Source: Bryobacterales bacterium
Lineage (GTDB): Bacteria > Acidobacteriota > Terriglobia > Bryobacterales > Bryobacteraceae
Assembly (NCBI GenBank): GCA_963817515.1
Contig: CAWFPJ010000002.1
Location: forward strand, 39,454-103,453
DNA length: 64,000 nucleotides
Direction of reading: 5' to 3'
Position 1 is the stretch's first letter, and each line of letters opens with the position of its first letter. The translations under genes were made by a program, and so were the position numbers. Under the pieces are notes generated by a model, which had not been told where the DNA came from, did no database searches, and saw only the letters and a program-made list of their open reading frames with translations. This document shows positions 37,325-47,121 of this stretch, piece after piece.

Positions 37325-38260
37325 CTATATGTTGAACCAGGGCGTGACCCAAATGTACTTGATGCGGAACATCAGCCGGAACAAAATCTTCAACGGCAGC
37401 GCCAGCATGATGATCAAAAAGACCTGCATCGTGGCATATTGCAGAACGCTCATGCGCGCGTAAATCTTGCGGTTGAACGCGGTCCGGGTAATCAGCTTGT
37501 GCATGCCGATTCCGGCCGCCACGAAATACAGGCCGATCACAATCGCGCCGAAGATGATCTTTGGCACGCGCGTGTGGATACCGAAAATATCCGGCAAATC
37601 CCGGTTGATTTCAAAGATCAGCCGGTTGTGATCCCACGTCGTACCGGGCCAAAACCACATCCAGCCAGGCCCGCGTATCAACGTACCGATCACGATCATA
37701 GTTACCCACAGCACGATGAAACCGAAAATAAAAGTCAGAATGGCGGACTTGCGCTGCTTGAGCGTGTAGTACCCGTTGCCCAGCGGGTTGGTGTCGATAT
37801 AAGGAATCACCATCAGCCCCACAATAATCAGCGAGGGCATGATGACGCCCGCGATCCACGGATCGAAGTAGACCAGCATTTCCTGTAGCCCCAGGAAATA
37901 CCACGGCGCCTTCGACGGGTTCATCGTCAGGGTGGGATTGGAAGGCTCTTCGAGAGGCGCATTCAGCGTGATGGACCAGACCATCAGGATGATGGTGACG
38001 ATGATGGTGGCCAGAAGTTCAATGCGCAACAAATACGGCCAGACGTGGACGTCGCGCGCCCATCCCGGCCGCCAGGGCTGGACCTTGCGGTGGTGTGTCT
38101 TGGCCAGTTCGGGATTGGCTTCCAGTTGCTCGATCAACCGGTCATTGGCGAATGCCTGGCGCATTCCGTACCACGTATAGAACGGCACCACAAAGAGCAG
38201 CAGCACGATCGGCACGTTGTCCGGCAGGCTTACAATTGTCCAAAGCTGATGAAGATCCAT
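37325..38260 (-). CDS. Cytochrome b C-terminal module (subunit IV-like) of a split cytochrome b
   Basis: NPSKAPWYFLGLQEMLVYFDPW is the PEWY-type Qo motif region. Several TM helices. It starts 2 nt after the upstream gene's stop. Confidence 0.75.
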   Translation of the reverse strand: MDLHQLWTIVSLPDNVPIVLLLFVVPFYTWYGMRQAFANDRLIEQLEANPELAKTHHRKVQPWRPGWARDVHVWPYLLRIELLATIIVTIILMVWSITLNAPLEEPSNPTLTMNPSKAPWYFLGLQEMLVYFDPWIAGVIMPSLIIVGLMVIPYIDTNPLGNGYYTLKQRKSAILTFIFGFIVLWVTMIVIGTLIRGPGWMWFWPGTTWDHNRLIFEINRDLPDIFGIHTRVPKIIFGAIVIGLYFVAAGIGMHKLITRTAFNRKIYARMSVLQYATMQVFLIIMLALPLKILFRLMFRIKYIWVTPWFNI

Positions 38261-38262
38261 AA

Positions 38263-39192
38263 TTACACCTTCTTTGGCTCCTTAATTTCGCTCTCCAGCA
38301 CGATCGGCGCCGGGCCCGAAATCCCGCCATCTTTCCTCACGCGCCAGAAATGCACGATCATGAAGAGCGACGCGATAATCGGAATCGCCACGCAGTGCCA
38401 GATATAGGCGCGCAGCAGAGCGTTTGAATCCACAATCGATCCGCCCAGCAGCCCGAAACGCACATCGTTGAACGGCGTCATGCCAAACTGAGCGCCAAAC
38501 GGTCCGTCATGGCCCAGCAGCGGCGTGGCGCGAGCCATGTTGGTTCCCACGGTCACAGCCCAGAATCCAAGCTGATCGTCGGGCAGCAGGTATCCGGTGA
38601 AGCTGAGCAGCAGGGTCAATACCAGCAGCAGCACCCCCACCACCCAATTAAACTCGCGCGGCTTTTTATACGACCCCGTCAGGAACACGCGGAACATGTG
38701 GAGTTCCACCATGATCACCATCAGGTGCGCGCCCCAGCGGTGCATGTTGCGCAGCAGTTTGCCGAACGGCACGTCGCTTTCGAGGTAGAGAATGTCGCGG
38801 AACGCCACCACCTTCGAAGGATGGTAATAAAACATCAGCAGCGTGCCCGTGAACACCAGCGTGATGTACACGTAAAACGTCATGCCGCCCATGCCCCAGG
38901 TATAGTTGTAGGCCACTGCGTCGCGATTAATCTTGGCGGGGTGCAGGTGCAGAAAGACGTTGCTCAGAACACCCAGGGCGCGGCTGCGCGGTGTTTCATC
39001 GTGCTTAACGCGCAGTACGGATTTCCAGACGTCGGTCTTTTCCGGCGCCTTGATGGTCTCTGCAAGTTCCCCTGTGGCGCGCGCTTTTACTTCCTTGGCG
39101 CCCGCCAGGACCGCGGCCAGTTTCCCGCCGCCATTCCCCTCCGGGCCCGCAGCTCCACTGCCGTTTCCAGGACTTCCGTTGGTTTCAGCCAT
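38263..39192 (-). CDS. Cytochrome b N-terminal module (b6-like, bis-haem four-helix bundle)
   Basis: [70 protein letters not shown] carries the conserved His pairs. I prefer ATG 39192 (MAETNGS), just after the Rieske stop, over ORF-track 39222. Confidence 0.85.
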   Translation of the reverse strand: MAETNGSPGNGSGAAGPEGNGGGKLAAVLAGAKEVKARATGELAETIKAPEKTDVWKSVLRVKHDETPRSRALGVLSNVFLHLHPAKINRDAVAYNYTWGMGGMTFYVYITLVFTGTLLMFYYHPSKVVAFRDILYLESDVPFGKLLRNMHRWGAHLMVIMVELHMFRVFLTGSYKKPREFNWVVGVLLLVLTLLLSFTGYLLPDDQLGFWAVTVGTNMARATPLLGHDGPFGAQFGMTPFNDVRFGLLGGSIVDSNALLRAYIWHCVAIPIIASLFMIVHFWRVRKDGGISGPAPIVLESEIKEPKKV

Positions 39193-39202
39193 GATTAAGA
39201 CC

Positions 39203-39799
39203 TCATCCCCGGAGGATGGCACCCGGGTCGTTAAATTGAGAAGGCTCGCCCTTGGGCCAACGGTAGACGTGGCTCAGGTCGACTAAAATCTGGCCCTCGG
39301 GATCCAGTTCCACGTGCGCGCGATCCATCGGACGCGGCGCCGGACCTTCGAAATTGATGCCTTCGGGGTCGTAGCCGCTGCCGTGGCACGGGCACTTGAA
39401 CTTGTTCTCGCTGGGTTTCCAGTCGGGCGTGCAGCCCAGGTGAGTGCAGATCGCCGAGATCACGAAAATTCCCTCGGTGTTGCGAACTACCCAAATCCGG
39501 TATTGGTTCTGAAACTTGGTATCCACGCCGAAACCGAAGTCCGACGGGTATCCGATACGGAACTTCGTTTTCGGCTCATACAGGGCGCGCGGGAAGAAGA
39601 AGCGCAAAAACATCAGCAGGTTCACGCTCAGCGTGCCCAGCACGGCGGCCATCACAAACTTGCGGCGGCGGGCTATCGTTTTAGCTTCGTCGGCGTCTCC
39701 GGTCTTGGAGAAAATTTTTTGCAGCGCCTGCGCCAGGGTCGGCTTAGACTTCGGCGGCGGCGCCGCGGATTCAGCGGGCTCTATCGTTGGATTCGCCAT
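39203..39799 (-). CDS. Rieske [2Fe-2S] protein
   Basis: [10 protein letters not shown]...CPCHGSGYD cluster-binding boxes and an N-terminal TM anchor. First gene of the minus-strand operon. Confidence 0.9.
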   Translation of the reverse strand: MANPTIEPAESAAPPPKSKPTLAQALQKIFSKTGDADEAKTIARRRKFVMAAVLGTLSVNLLMFLRFFFPRALYEPKTKFRIGYPSDFGFGVDTKFQNQYRIWVVRNTEGIFVISAICTHLGCTPDWKPSENKFKCPCHGSGYDPEGINFEGPAPRPMDRAHVELDPEGQILVDLSHVYRWPKGEPSQFNDPGAILRG

Positions 39800-40079
39800 C
39801 TTGTCCCCATGCCGGATTGCCCGGCCGTATTCCCTCTGAGTTCATGGATAGCAGGCGTAGGAACACTACCGCAGAGCGTCGGACTGGGCAAGATACATAA
39901 AATGAGTGGCCGTTGGAAAAAATGTACCGCTAAAGAGCCTAACCGCTCGCCGCGTCTTTCGCTAAGAAGAAGCATCCCTCAAACTGTCATTATCCAGCAG
40001 ACCATCTTACACCCGACGCTTGAGGTTTTGCAAAAGTGACGAGAAAATTGAAAGGGCCGCCGCCGGCATAGAATAGGTT

Positions 40080-41873
40080 TTGCGCGATTTCCTGCTGCGA
40101 GCTCTCGTCGCCTTCGGCGCAGTCACCGCGCTCCTCACTGAGGGCCTGAGCCCTTTCCACTGGCTGCGCCGGACGCCGCTTGCAATTGCGTGGATCGCAA
40201 TCGCGCTGGCGGCAGGTGGCCTCATCTATAAGCGGCGGCTGCCGGCGCTGCCGAAAATTGTGTTTCGCCCTCTTGAAACCGCCGTCGCACTCGCTATCGC
40301 GGCCATCGCTGCTATCGTCGGCTTCACCGCCATCCTCAGCCCGCCCAACAGCGCCGATGCCATGGCGTACCACCTGCCGCGCGTCGTGTACTGGGCGCAA
40401 TCCGGCAGCGTGGCATTTTTTCCAACCCCGTACTTGAACCAGATCATGCTCCAGCCTCTGGCGGAGTACATCATGCTGCACACTTACGTATTCTCCGGCG
40501 GCGACCATTTCATCAATCTGGTCGCCTGGGCTGCATTTCTTGGGTGCATTGTGGGCGTCTCCGCCGTCGCCGCCGCGCTCGGTCTTGGGTCCCGCGGCCA
40601 GGCCTTCGCCGCGCTCTTCTGCGCCACGCTGCCAAACGCCATCCTGCAGGCCTCCGGAGCCAAGAACGATATGCTGCTGGCCTTCTGGATGGTGTGCGTG
40701 GTCTACTTCGCCATCCGCCGCCGCGCCGGATTCGCCGCCCTCTCCATGGGCCTCGCGCTGGCCACCAAGGCCACCGCTTACTTGTTCCTGCCCGGTGTCT
40801 CTGGTGTGCTGTGGGGCAGGATGGTATCCTGCGCGCCGATTGGCAATCGGCGCAAAACTCGCGGGCATCTTCTTGACCGGCATTCTGGTAATCAATGCGC
40901 CCGCAATATGTCCGCAATCTCCGCCTCAGCGGTTCGCCGCTCGGCTTCGATTCCGCGCAAGGCAACGGCTTCTTCCGCTGGCGCAACGAACACTTCGGAT
41001 GGAAACCAACCGTATCGAATGCCCTGCGCCACGCGTCCGAACAACTCGGCGCGCGCAGCCCCCGCTGGAACCAAACCGTGTACAACGCCGCGATCGCCAT
41101 TCACCGCACCCTGGGAATCGATCCGCAGGACCAGGAGACCACGTGGCGCGGGGCCCTGTTATGAGCCGCCCGTCAACGCCAATCACGAAGCCAATGCCAA
41201 CAACCGCTGGCACCTGTTGCTGATCGCAGTGGCCGCGCTGTATGCCGCCGCCACTCGCAACCGCGCCTGGACCCTATACGCCGCCGGCCTCCTGCTGGCA
41301 TTCTTGCTTTTCTGCGCTTACCTGAAATGGCAGCCATTCCTGGCCCGGCTGGAGCTGCCCCTGTTCATTCTGGCCGCGCCATTGGCAGCGTTCCTGCTCC
41401 AGTCGATCCGCTTTGTGGTAGCGCCAATCGCCATCTGCCTCTTCCTGGCAAGCGGTGCTCGCCCAGCACTTTTCGAAAACTGGACTCGTCCACTCAAGGG
41501 CCCGCACAGTCTCCTGGTCACGGCGCGCGCCGACAACTATTTCTCGGACATGGTGCAGTGGAACAACCGGGCGTCCTATCTGGAGTCTGTAGACCGCACC
41601 GCCCGTTCCCGCTGCACCACGGTGGGTATCGACATCAGCGAGAACCAGCTTGAGTACCCGTTCCAGGCCCTGCTGCGCGAGCGCAATCCCGAGGTGAAAT
41701 TCGTACACACCGGCGTGGAGAATGCCACCACGCGATACGCACCGCCAAACGCCCCGGAACCCTGCGCCGTGCTCTGCCCGGACTGCATCGGCAATCAGAA
41801 GAAACTCGCGCTGTACGGTTGGATCGGCCCGCCCGTCACGATCGGCCGCTTCCTGCTGTTCCTGCCGAAATGA
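40080..41873 (+). pseudogene. Polytopic membrane protein, GT-C fold glycosyltransferase-like (GT39/ArnT-like); its central part reads better in two other frames
   Basis: N-terminal TM-rich text (ADAMAYHLPRVVYWAQSG..., NDMLLAFWMVCVVYFAIRR). Between about 40805 and 41160 the listed frame turns into R/S/P-rich nonsense. Sensible text appears in the frames of ORF 40540-41223 ([27 protein letters not shown]) and ORF 40895-41164 ([49 protein letters not shown]). TTG start is uncertain. Confidence 0.45.
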
Positions 41874-41881
41874 CCCGCCCG

Positions 41882-43606
41882 TTACTGGAGCTTATCGTAA
41901 ACCACCTTGCCGCCCACTACGGTGCGTAGAGCTTCGATGTCCTTGATTTCATCTTCCGGGCAGTTCGCGTAGTCCTTGGAGATGACCGCCAGATCGGCGA
42001 GTTTGCCCGGCTCGATGGAGCCTTTCTCTTTTTCCGCGAACATGAGCCAGGCGCCGTTCCAGGTCCACATCTTCAGGGCCTCCATGCGCGAAATGCGCTG
42101 CTCCGGATTGAGAACGTTGCCGTCCACCATCTTTCGCGTGGTTGCGATCCACATGCCGAGGAACGGATGATACGGATTGGTGGCTTCGCGCGGATCGAAG
42201 CGGATCATGTGATCCGATCCGCCGCCCACCACGATTCCGGCGTCAAATAAAGCGCGCAGCGGCTGGAAGTACTTCATGCGTTCGGGCCCGAAGATGCCCT
42301 TGATAGCGGGGCCGTCCAGGTAGAGCCAAAAAGGCTGGAGGTCGAAGGCCACGCCGAGTTTTCGTGCGCGCTCGATGGCGGATGGGTTGGGAAAGTTGCC
42401 GTGGGTCACGGTGAAGCGGCGGCCATTGATGGGCTTGACGCGGTCCGCGGCCTCGTAGGCATCGAGCAGCAGATCGGTAGCGCCGCCGCCGGTAGTATGC
42501 GCGGTCATTTGCCAGCCTAGCTGGTCGGCTACCTTCGCCATCTCGAACAGGTTCTCACGCGGCACGGAGAGCACGCCCTTGTAATCGGGATCAGCGAAGC
42601 CGTAGATCTGCGTGTGCGGCCCATAGGGCTCGCGAAGTAAAGCCGTGCCGATCAGAATCCCGCCGTCCACCACGGCTTTCAGCGTTCCCACGCGCAGCCA
42701 GTTATCGCCCCATCCGGTGACGAAGGGAATGTGCTCGATCTCCTGGCGCACCTGCGCCGGCGTGCCCTCGGCGCGGATGATGTAAGTCACCGTGCTGCGG
42801 GCCGTCAGTTCGCCCGCCTGATACAGAGCCTGATAGGCGCGGAATCCTTCGGGACCTTCAGAGCGATCGTAGATGCTGGTGATCCCAACCGAGTTGTAGC
42901 GCTGGAGCATGTTCTTGAGCGCCCACAGCCGGTCCTGGTCGCTGGCGGGGTGCGAGCCGCGCAGCTTTTGCACCAGTTGCGGAGCGCCTAAAATCAGGCC
43001 CGTGGGTTCGCCCTTCTGGTCCTTCTCGATGCGCCCGTTGGCCGGCTGCGGCGTGTCGCGCGTGATGCCGAGCTTCTTCAACAGGACCGAATTGAGCACC
43101 GACGCGTAGCCGTTATCGAGCATCGCCTCGCGGTTGGGCGCGACCTCGTCAAGTTCGTAGCGGGTGGGATAGCGCAGCTCCTTCAGGCGGGTGGAATAAA
43201 CCTTGGGCACAAAAATCAGGCGATCCGGCGGCAGCTTCCGGGCCTGTTCGCGGATGTAGCCCTGGATCTCGCCGACAGTGTGCAGCAGCGGAACCGGCCC
43301 ATCGATTTCGCTCAAAGCCGCGCCGATCGGATGAACATGCGATTCGATAATTCCCGGCACGACAGACTTGCCGGCAAGGTCGATCTTGCGGGTCTGCGGC
43401 CCCGCGGTCTTGAGCACCTCGTCGTTGCCGCCGACCGCGACGAACCGGTCCCCGCGAATCGCCAGCGCCTCGGCCGTGGGGCGTGCAGGCGCCATGGTAA
43501 TCACCTTGGCGTTGTAATAGATGATATCCGGGGCCTGGGCATTTACCATCACAACCGACCAGGCGCCAGCAAGAAAGAGCGGTATTAGTCTGGACACAGA
43601 GCACAT
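41882..43606 (-). CDS. Amidohydrolase family (Amidohydro_3) metal-dependent hydrolase, secreted
   Basis: Signal peptide LIPLFLAGAWSVVMVNAQA. The GIIESHVHPIGAA HxH motif, MTAHTTGGGA, and the GGGSDHM C-terminal Asp region. Confidence 0.75.
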   Translation of the reverse strand: MCSVSRLIPLFLAGAWSVVMVNAQAPDIIYYNAKVITMAPARPTAEALAIRGDRFVAVGGNDEVLKTAGPQTRKIDLAGKSVVPGIIESHVHPIGAALSEIDGPVPLLHTVGEIQGYIREQARKLPPDRLIFVPKVYSTRLKELRYPTRYELDEVAPNREAMLDNGYASVLNSVLLKKLGITRDTPQPANGRIEKDQKGEPTGLILGAPQLVQKLRGSHPASDQDRLWALKNMLQRYNSVGITSIYDRSEGPEGFRAYQALYQAGELTARSTVTYIIRAEGTPAQVRQEIEHIPFVTGWGDNWLRVGTLKAVVDGGILIGTALLREPYGPHTQIYGFADPDYKGVLSVPRENLFEMAKVADQLGWQMTAHTTGGGATDLLLDAYEAADRVKPINGRRFTVTHGNFPNPSAIERARKLGVAFDLQPFWLYLDGPAIKGIFGPERMKYFQPLRALFDAGIVVGGGSDHMIRFDPREATNPYHPFLGMWIATTRKMVDGNVLNPEQRISRMEALKMWTWNGAWLMFAEKEKGSIEPGKLADLAVISKDYANCPEDEIKDIEALRTVVGGKVVYDKLQ

Positions 43607-43645
43607 TATACTGTCAACCAGAATGATGGAAGGAAGGCGTTCGCG

Positions 43646-44873
43646 TCACTGGCATTTTTCAACCACCACGAAGGTGATGTCATCGGTTTGCGGCATGCCC
43701 TGGGTGAATTCCTCAATCGACGCTCAGGAATCTTCGTTCCAGCTCGTGACTTCCCGAGGGAGCCTCCTGCCGAATAATTTCCAGCAGCCGTTCCTCTCCG
43801 AACATTTCTTGCTGCTGGTTTTGCGCGTCTGTAAGGCCGTCGGAATACACCACCAGAATGTCTCCCTTATCGAGACGGAGCGTGCGGGATTGATAAGAGG
43901 CGAAATCGAACAATCCCCAGAACATAGCGCGTCGGAGGCCAGCTCTTCGATTTTTCCCGTGGCGGAGCGGAACAAATAGGCCGGATTGTGTCCCGCGCTG
44001 ATGAATTGCCCCATGCCATCCGGGCTCAGCAGAAAGAGAAAGAGCGTGACGAACTGGAAGGGAAGAGATTTTTCGCAAAGCAGCTGGTTAACCCGGTTCA
44101 AGACCTCCTGCGGTTGGGTCCCGGAGCGAAATTCCATGCTGAGAGCGCCCAGCACCATCGAACTTAACAGGGCCGCGGACATTCCCTTGCCGGAGACATC
44201 CGCCAGAACCCCCATCCATTCCCCTGAGCTCAGTTGCAGGAAATCGTAGAAATCTCCTCCCACATAGCGTGTGGGATTGTTGAACGCATGGATGTGAAAA
44301 TTCTCAAACTGGGGCAGGGAACGCGGCAGCAGGCTTTCCTGAGTTTCCTGCGCCAGGGCTAATTCCTGCTCGCTCCTCTTTTGCTCCTCCAGGGTTTTGA
44401 GGCGAATCACCTCGCGGCTGGCTTCCAGTTCCCGTACCGTCTCCTCCAGCACCTTGCTGTAGTTCTTGGCTTCCAGGTGCAGCAGGCGCACTTCCAGAAT
44501 GTTGTGAACGCGCGCGCGCAGCTCGGCCAGATCGAACGGTTTGCTGACGAAATCCTTGGCGCCGGCTTCGAGCGCGCGCAGCTTGTGATCCGGCTGCGCG
44601 GTGATCACCAGGACCGGAAGATAGCCGTCCTCTTCGATTTCCTTCAGGCCTTCCATCACCTGGAATCCGTCCATGCCGGGCATCTGGAGATCGAGCAGGA
44701 TCAGGCCGTAGCGGTTCTTGCGGTGAAGTTCGCAGACCTGGTTCGGATCCGTCGTGGACTCGACGCGAAGTATAGCCGGCGACGCGCAGCATGCCCTCGA
44801 GCAGACGGACATTGGCTTCCTTATCGTCGACCACCAGGATTCTGGCGTTCAGAATGTCGGCTGAGCTGACCAT
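43646..44873 (-). pseudogene. Response regulator receiver + PP2C/SpoIIE phosphatase (RsbU-like), three apparent frameshifts
   Basis: Receiver: ARILVVDDKEANVRLLEGML...LILLDLQMPGMDGF...VLVITAQ. PP2C: GGDFYDF...GVLADVSGKGMSAALL...FISAGHNPAYL...GDILVVYSDGLTDAQN...MPQTDDITFVVVEKCQ. The text moves between four frames near 44775, 43930 and 43720. Confidence 0.75.
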
Positions 44874-46990
44874 GACCTTCGCCCGGATTCATTTGGCCTG
44901 GCCGGCTGCTTGTCGCCGCGAATTCCAGTGCCACGTCCAGCGTCTCCATGAACTCATTGACCTTGATCGGTTTGGTGAGATAGCGGAAGAATCCGGCCTG
45001 CAGGCCCTTCTCGATGTCGCGCGGCATGGCATTGGCGCTGAGGGCGACCACGGGAATGTGCGCCGTTGCCGGGTCTTCGCGAAGGATTTTCAGGGCTTCG
45101 ATGCCGCTGATGCCGGGCAGATTGATGTCCATCAGGATCACCTCCGGCTGGTTGGCGCGCGCAAGCTGGATGCCCAGATTTCCGTCTCTCGCGCTCAGCA
45201 GGCGCATATCCGGGCGGCGCGCGATGAGTTGCTCGATCAGCTTCAGGTTGGCCGGGTTGTCCTCCACATAGAGCAGCGTGCGCAGCGGCGCGCCGTGCTG
45301 AACCTGCGCTTGCGCGATCTGCCGCGGGTTCGGCCGTGTCAACCGCAAGCTGTGGCGCAGCAGCCGAGTTCAGTTCGAACCAGAACACGCTTCCCGACCC
45401 GACCGTGCTTTCCACGCCGATCTCGCCTCCCATCAGTTCAACCAGCCGCTTGCTCATCACCAGGCCGATGCCCGTGCCTTCCTCCGCGCTCCTCTCCTGT
45501 CCGAGACGGTTGAACGGCTGAAAAAGCTGCATCAGCATGTCCGGAGGCAACCCCGCGCCGGTGTCCCTGACGCTGACGCGAATGCGTTCCGGGGTGGTTC
45601 GCGGCGCAGTTCGCATCCACGACGACCGTTCCATTCGCCTGGTTGTACTTGATCGCGTTGGAAAGAAGGTTGATGAGAACCTGCTTCAACCGGGTCCGAT
45701 CGGCATCGACAAAGCAAGGGACGTCGAACTGGGGAAAGGTCATTTTGATGCCGCGCTTTTGCCCCTGCGGCTCGATCATGGCCTGGCATTCGAACATGAC
45801 TTCGGCCAGCGACGTCGGTTCCAGCGACAGCGCCAGCTTTCCGGACTCGATCTGCGCGAGATCGAGGATTTCGTTGATCAGCTCCAGCAGATACCATCCC
45901 GCGTGGAGAATCTGATCGATGCTTGCCGTCTGCGAGGGCGTCGGCGGCGGGGAGTCGGAATTGATGAGCTGGGCGAAGCCGAGGATCGCATTGAGCGGCG
46001 AGCGAAGCTCATGGCTCATGCTGGAAAGGAAATCCGATTTCGCCAGGTTGGCTTTCTCCGCCGCGGCCCTGGCTCTCTCCAGCTCGACGTTCTTCTCCTG
46101 CAGCGCCTGGTCGAGACGTTTGCGCTCGGTGACGTCGCGCGCCGCGGCGAATACGCCTTGCAGCTTCCGGTCGCGGTCGTGGAAGGTGGTCGCGTTGTAG
46201 GACACCACGGTTTCTTGCCGTCCCGGGCGCGCGCGGTGAGTTCGTAGTTGGTGACCTTCTTCTCGCGCAGCACCAGCTTGATGCCCGCCTCGGCCCGCTC
46301 CGGATCGGTGAAATAGTTCTTGAACGGCGCGCCGATCAGCTCATCGCGGGTGCAGCCGGTGAGCGCCTCCATCTGCTTGTTGACGTCGGTGATGATGCCG
46401 GCCGGATCGGTGGTCATCAGCGCGTCGATGTTGGATTCGATCAGAGAGCGCGTGTAGAACTGCTGATCGCGCAGGCGCTGATCGAGCTTCATCTGCTCGG
46501 CTTCCACCTGCTTGCGCGCGGAATTATCGGTGCCGATCAACAGGTAGCCGATGATTGCGCCTTGATCGTCGCGCAGCGCCGTGACCGACACGATCGCCGG
46601 AAAGCGGCTGCCATCCTTGCGGATGTAGGTCAGTTCGTAAATGTCCTCGATGCCGCGCGAGGCCTTGAAGACCAGTGCCTGGAAGCCCGGCGTAATCGGG
46701 GTTGCGAGCTCGGCGCTCAATGCCACGGCGCGCGCGATCACTTCCAGCGGATCGGAGATGTCGGCTGGGGTGATCTTGTTCACCACGTCGGCGGCCGCGT
46801 AGCCCAGCATACGCTCGGCGCCGACGTTGAATATTTGAATGACGCCTTTCTCGTCGGTGGCGATGCTCGAGAAGTTGGCGCTGTTGAAAATAGCGTTCTG
46901 CAGGGCCCCCGTTTTAAGCAGGGCCTCTTCGCGGCGGACCTCGGTGGTGACATCTACCGTTCGAACGGCATCGTCGGAAACGTCGGTCAT
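44821..46990 (-). pseudogene. Hybrid sensor histidine kinase (PAS-PAS-HisKA-HATPase-receiver), three apparent frameshifts
   Basis: ATG 46990 (MTDVSDD). Two PAS-like modules. H-box SDFLSSMSHELRSPLNAI. N/G boxes [22 protein letters not shown]. Receiver [11 protein letters not shown]...[12 protein letters not shown]...ALSANA. Frame changes fall near 46210, 45600 and 45330. The exact 3' end is uncertain because it overlaps the downstream gene's start. Confidence 0.75.
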
Positions 46991-47121
46991 TGGAGCCGCC
47001 TCTATTGTTAAGGAAAATACAAGAGTGCCACGCCGATAGGGATTTCGTCTGTTCACTATTGCTCATCAGATTTGGGAAATCCAAATCCCATTGTCTTCGG
47101 ATTCATAATAGACTCAACCTG

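Noticed and set aside
40540-41223. ORFs 40540-41223, 40544-40876 and 40895-41164 as independent genes
   Set aside because: They lie entirely inside the GT-C-like membrane protein gene. They are better explained as the displaced reading frames of that gene's central segment.
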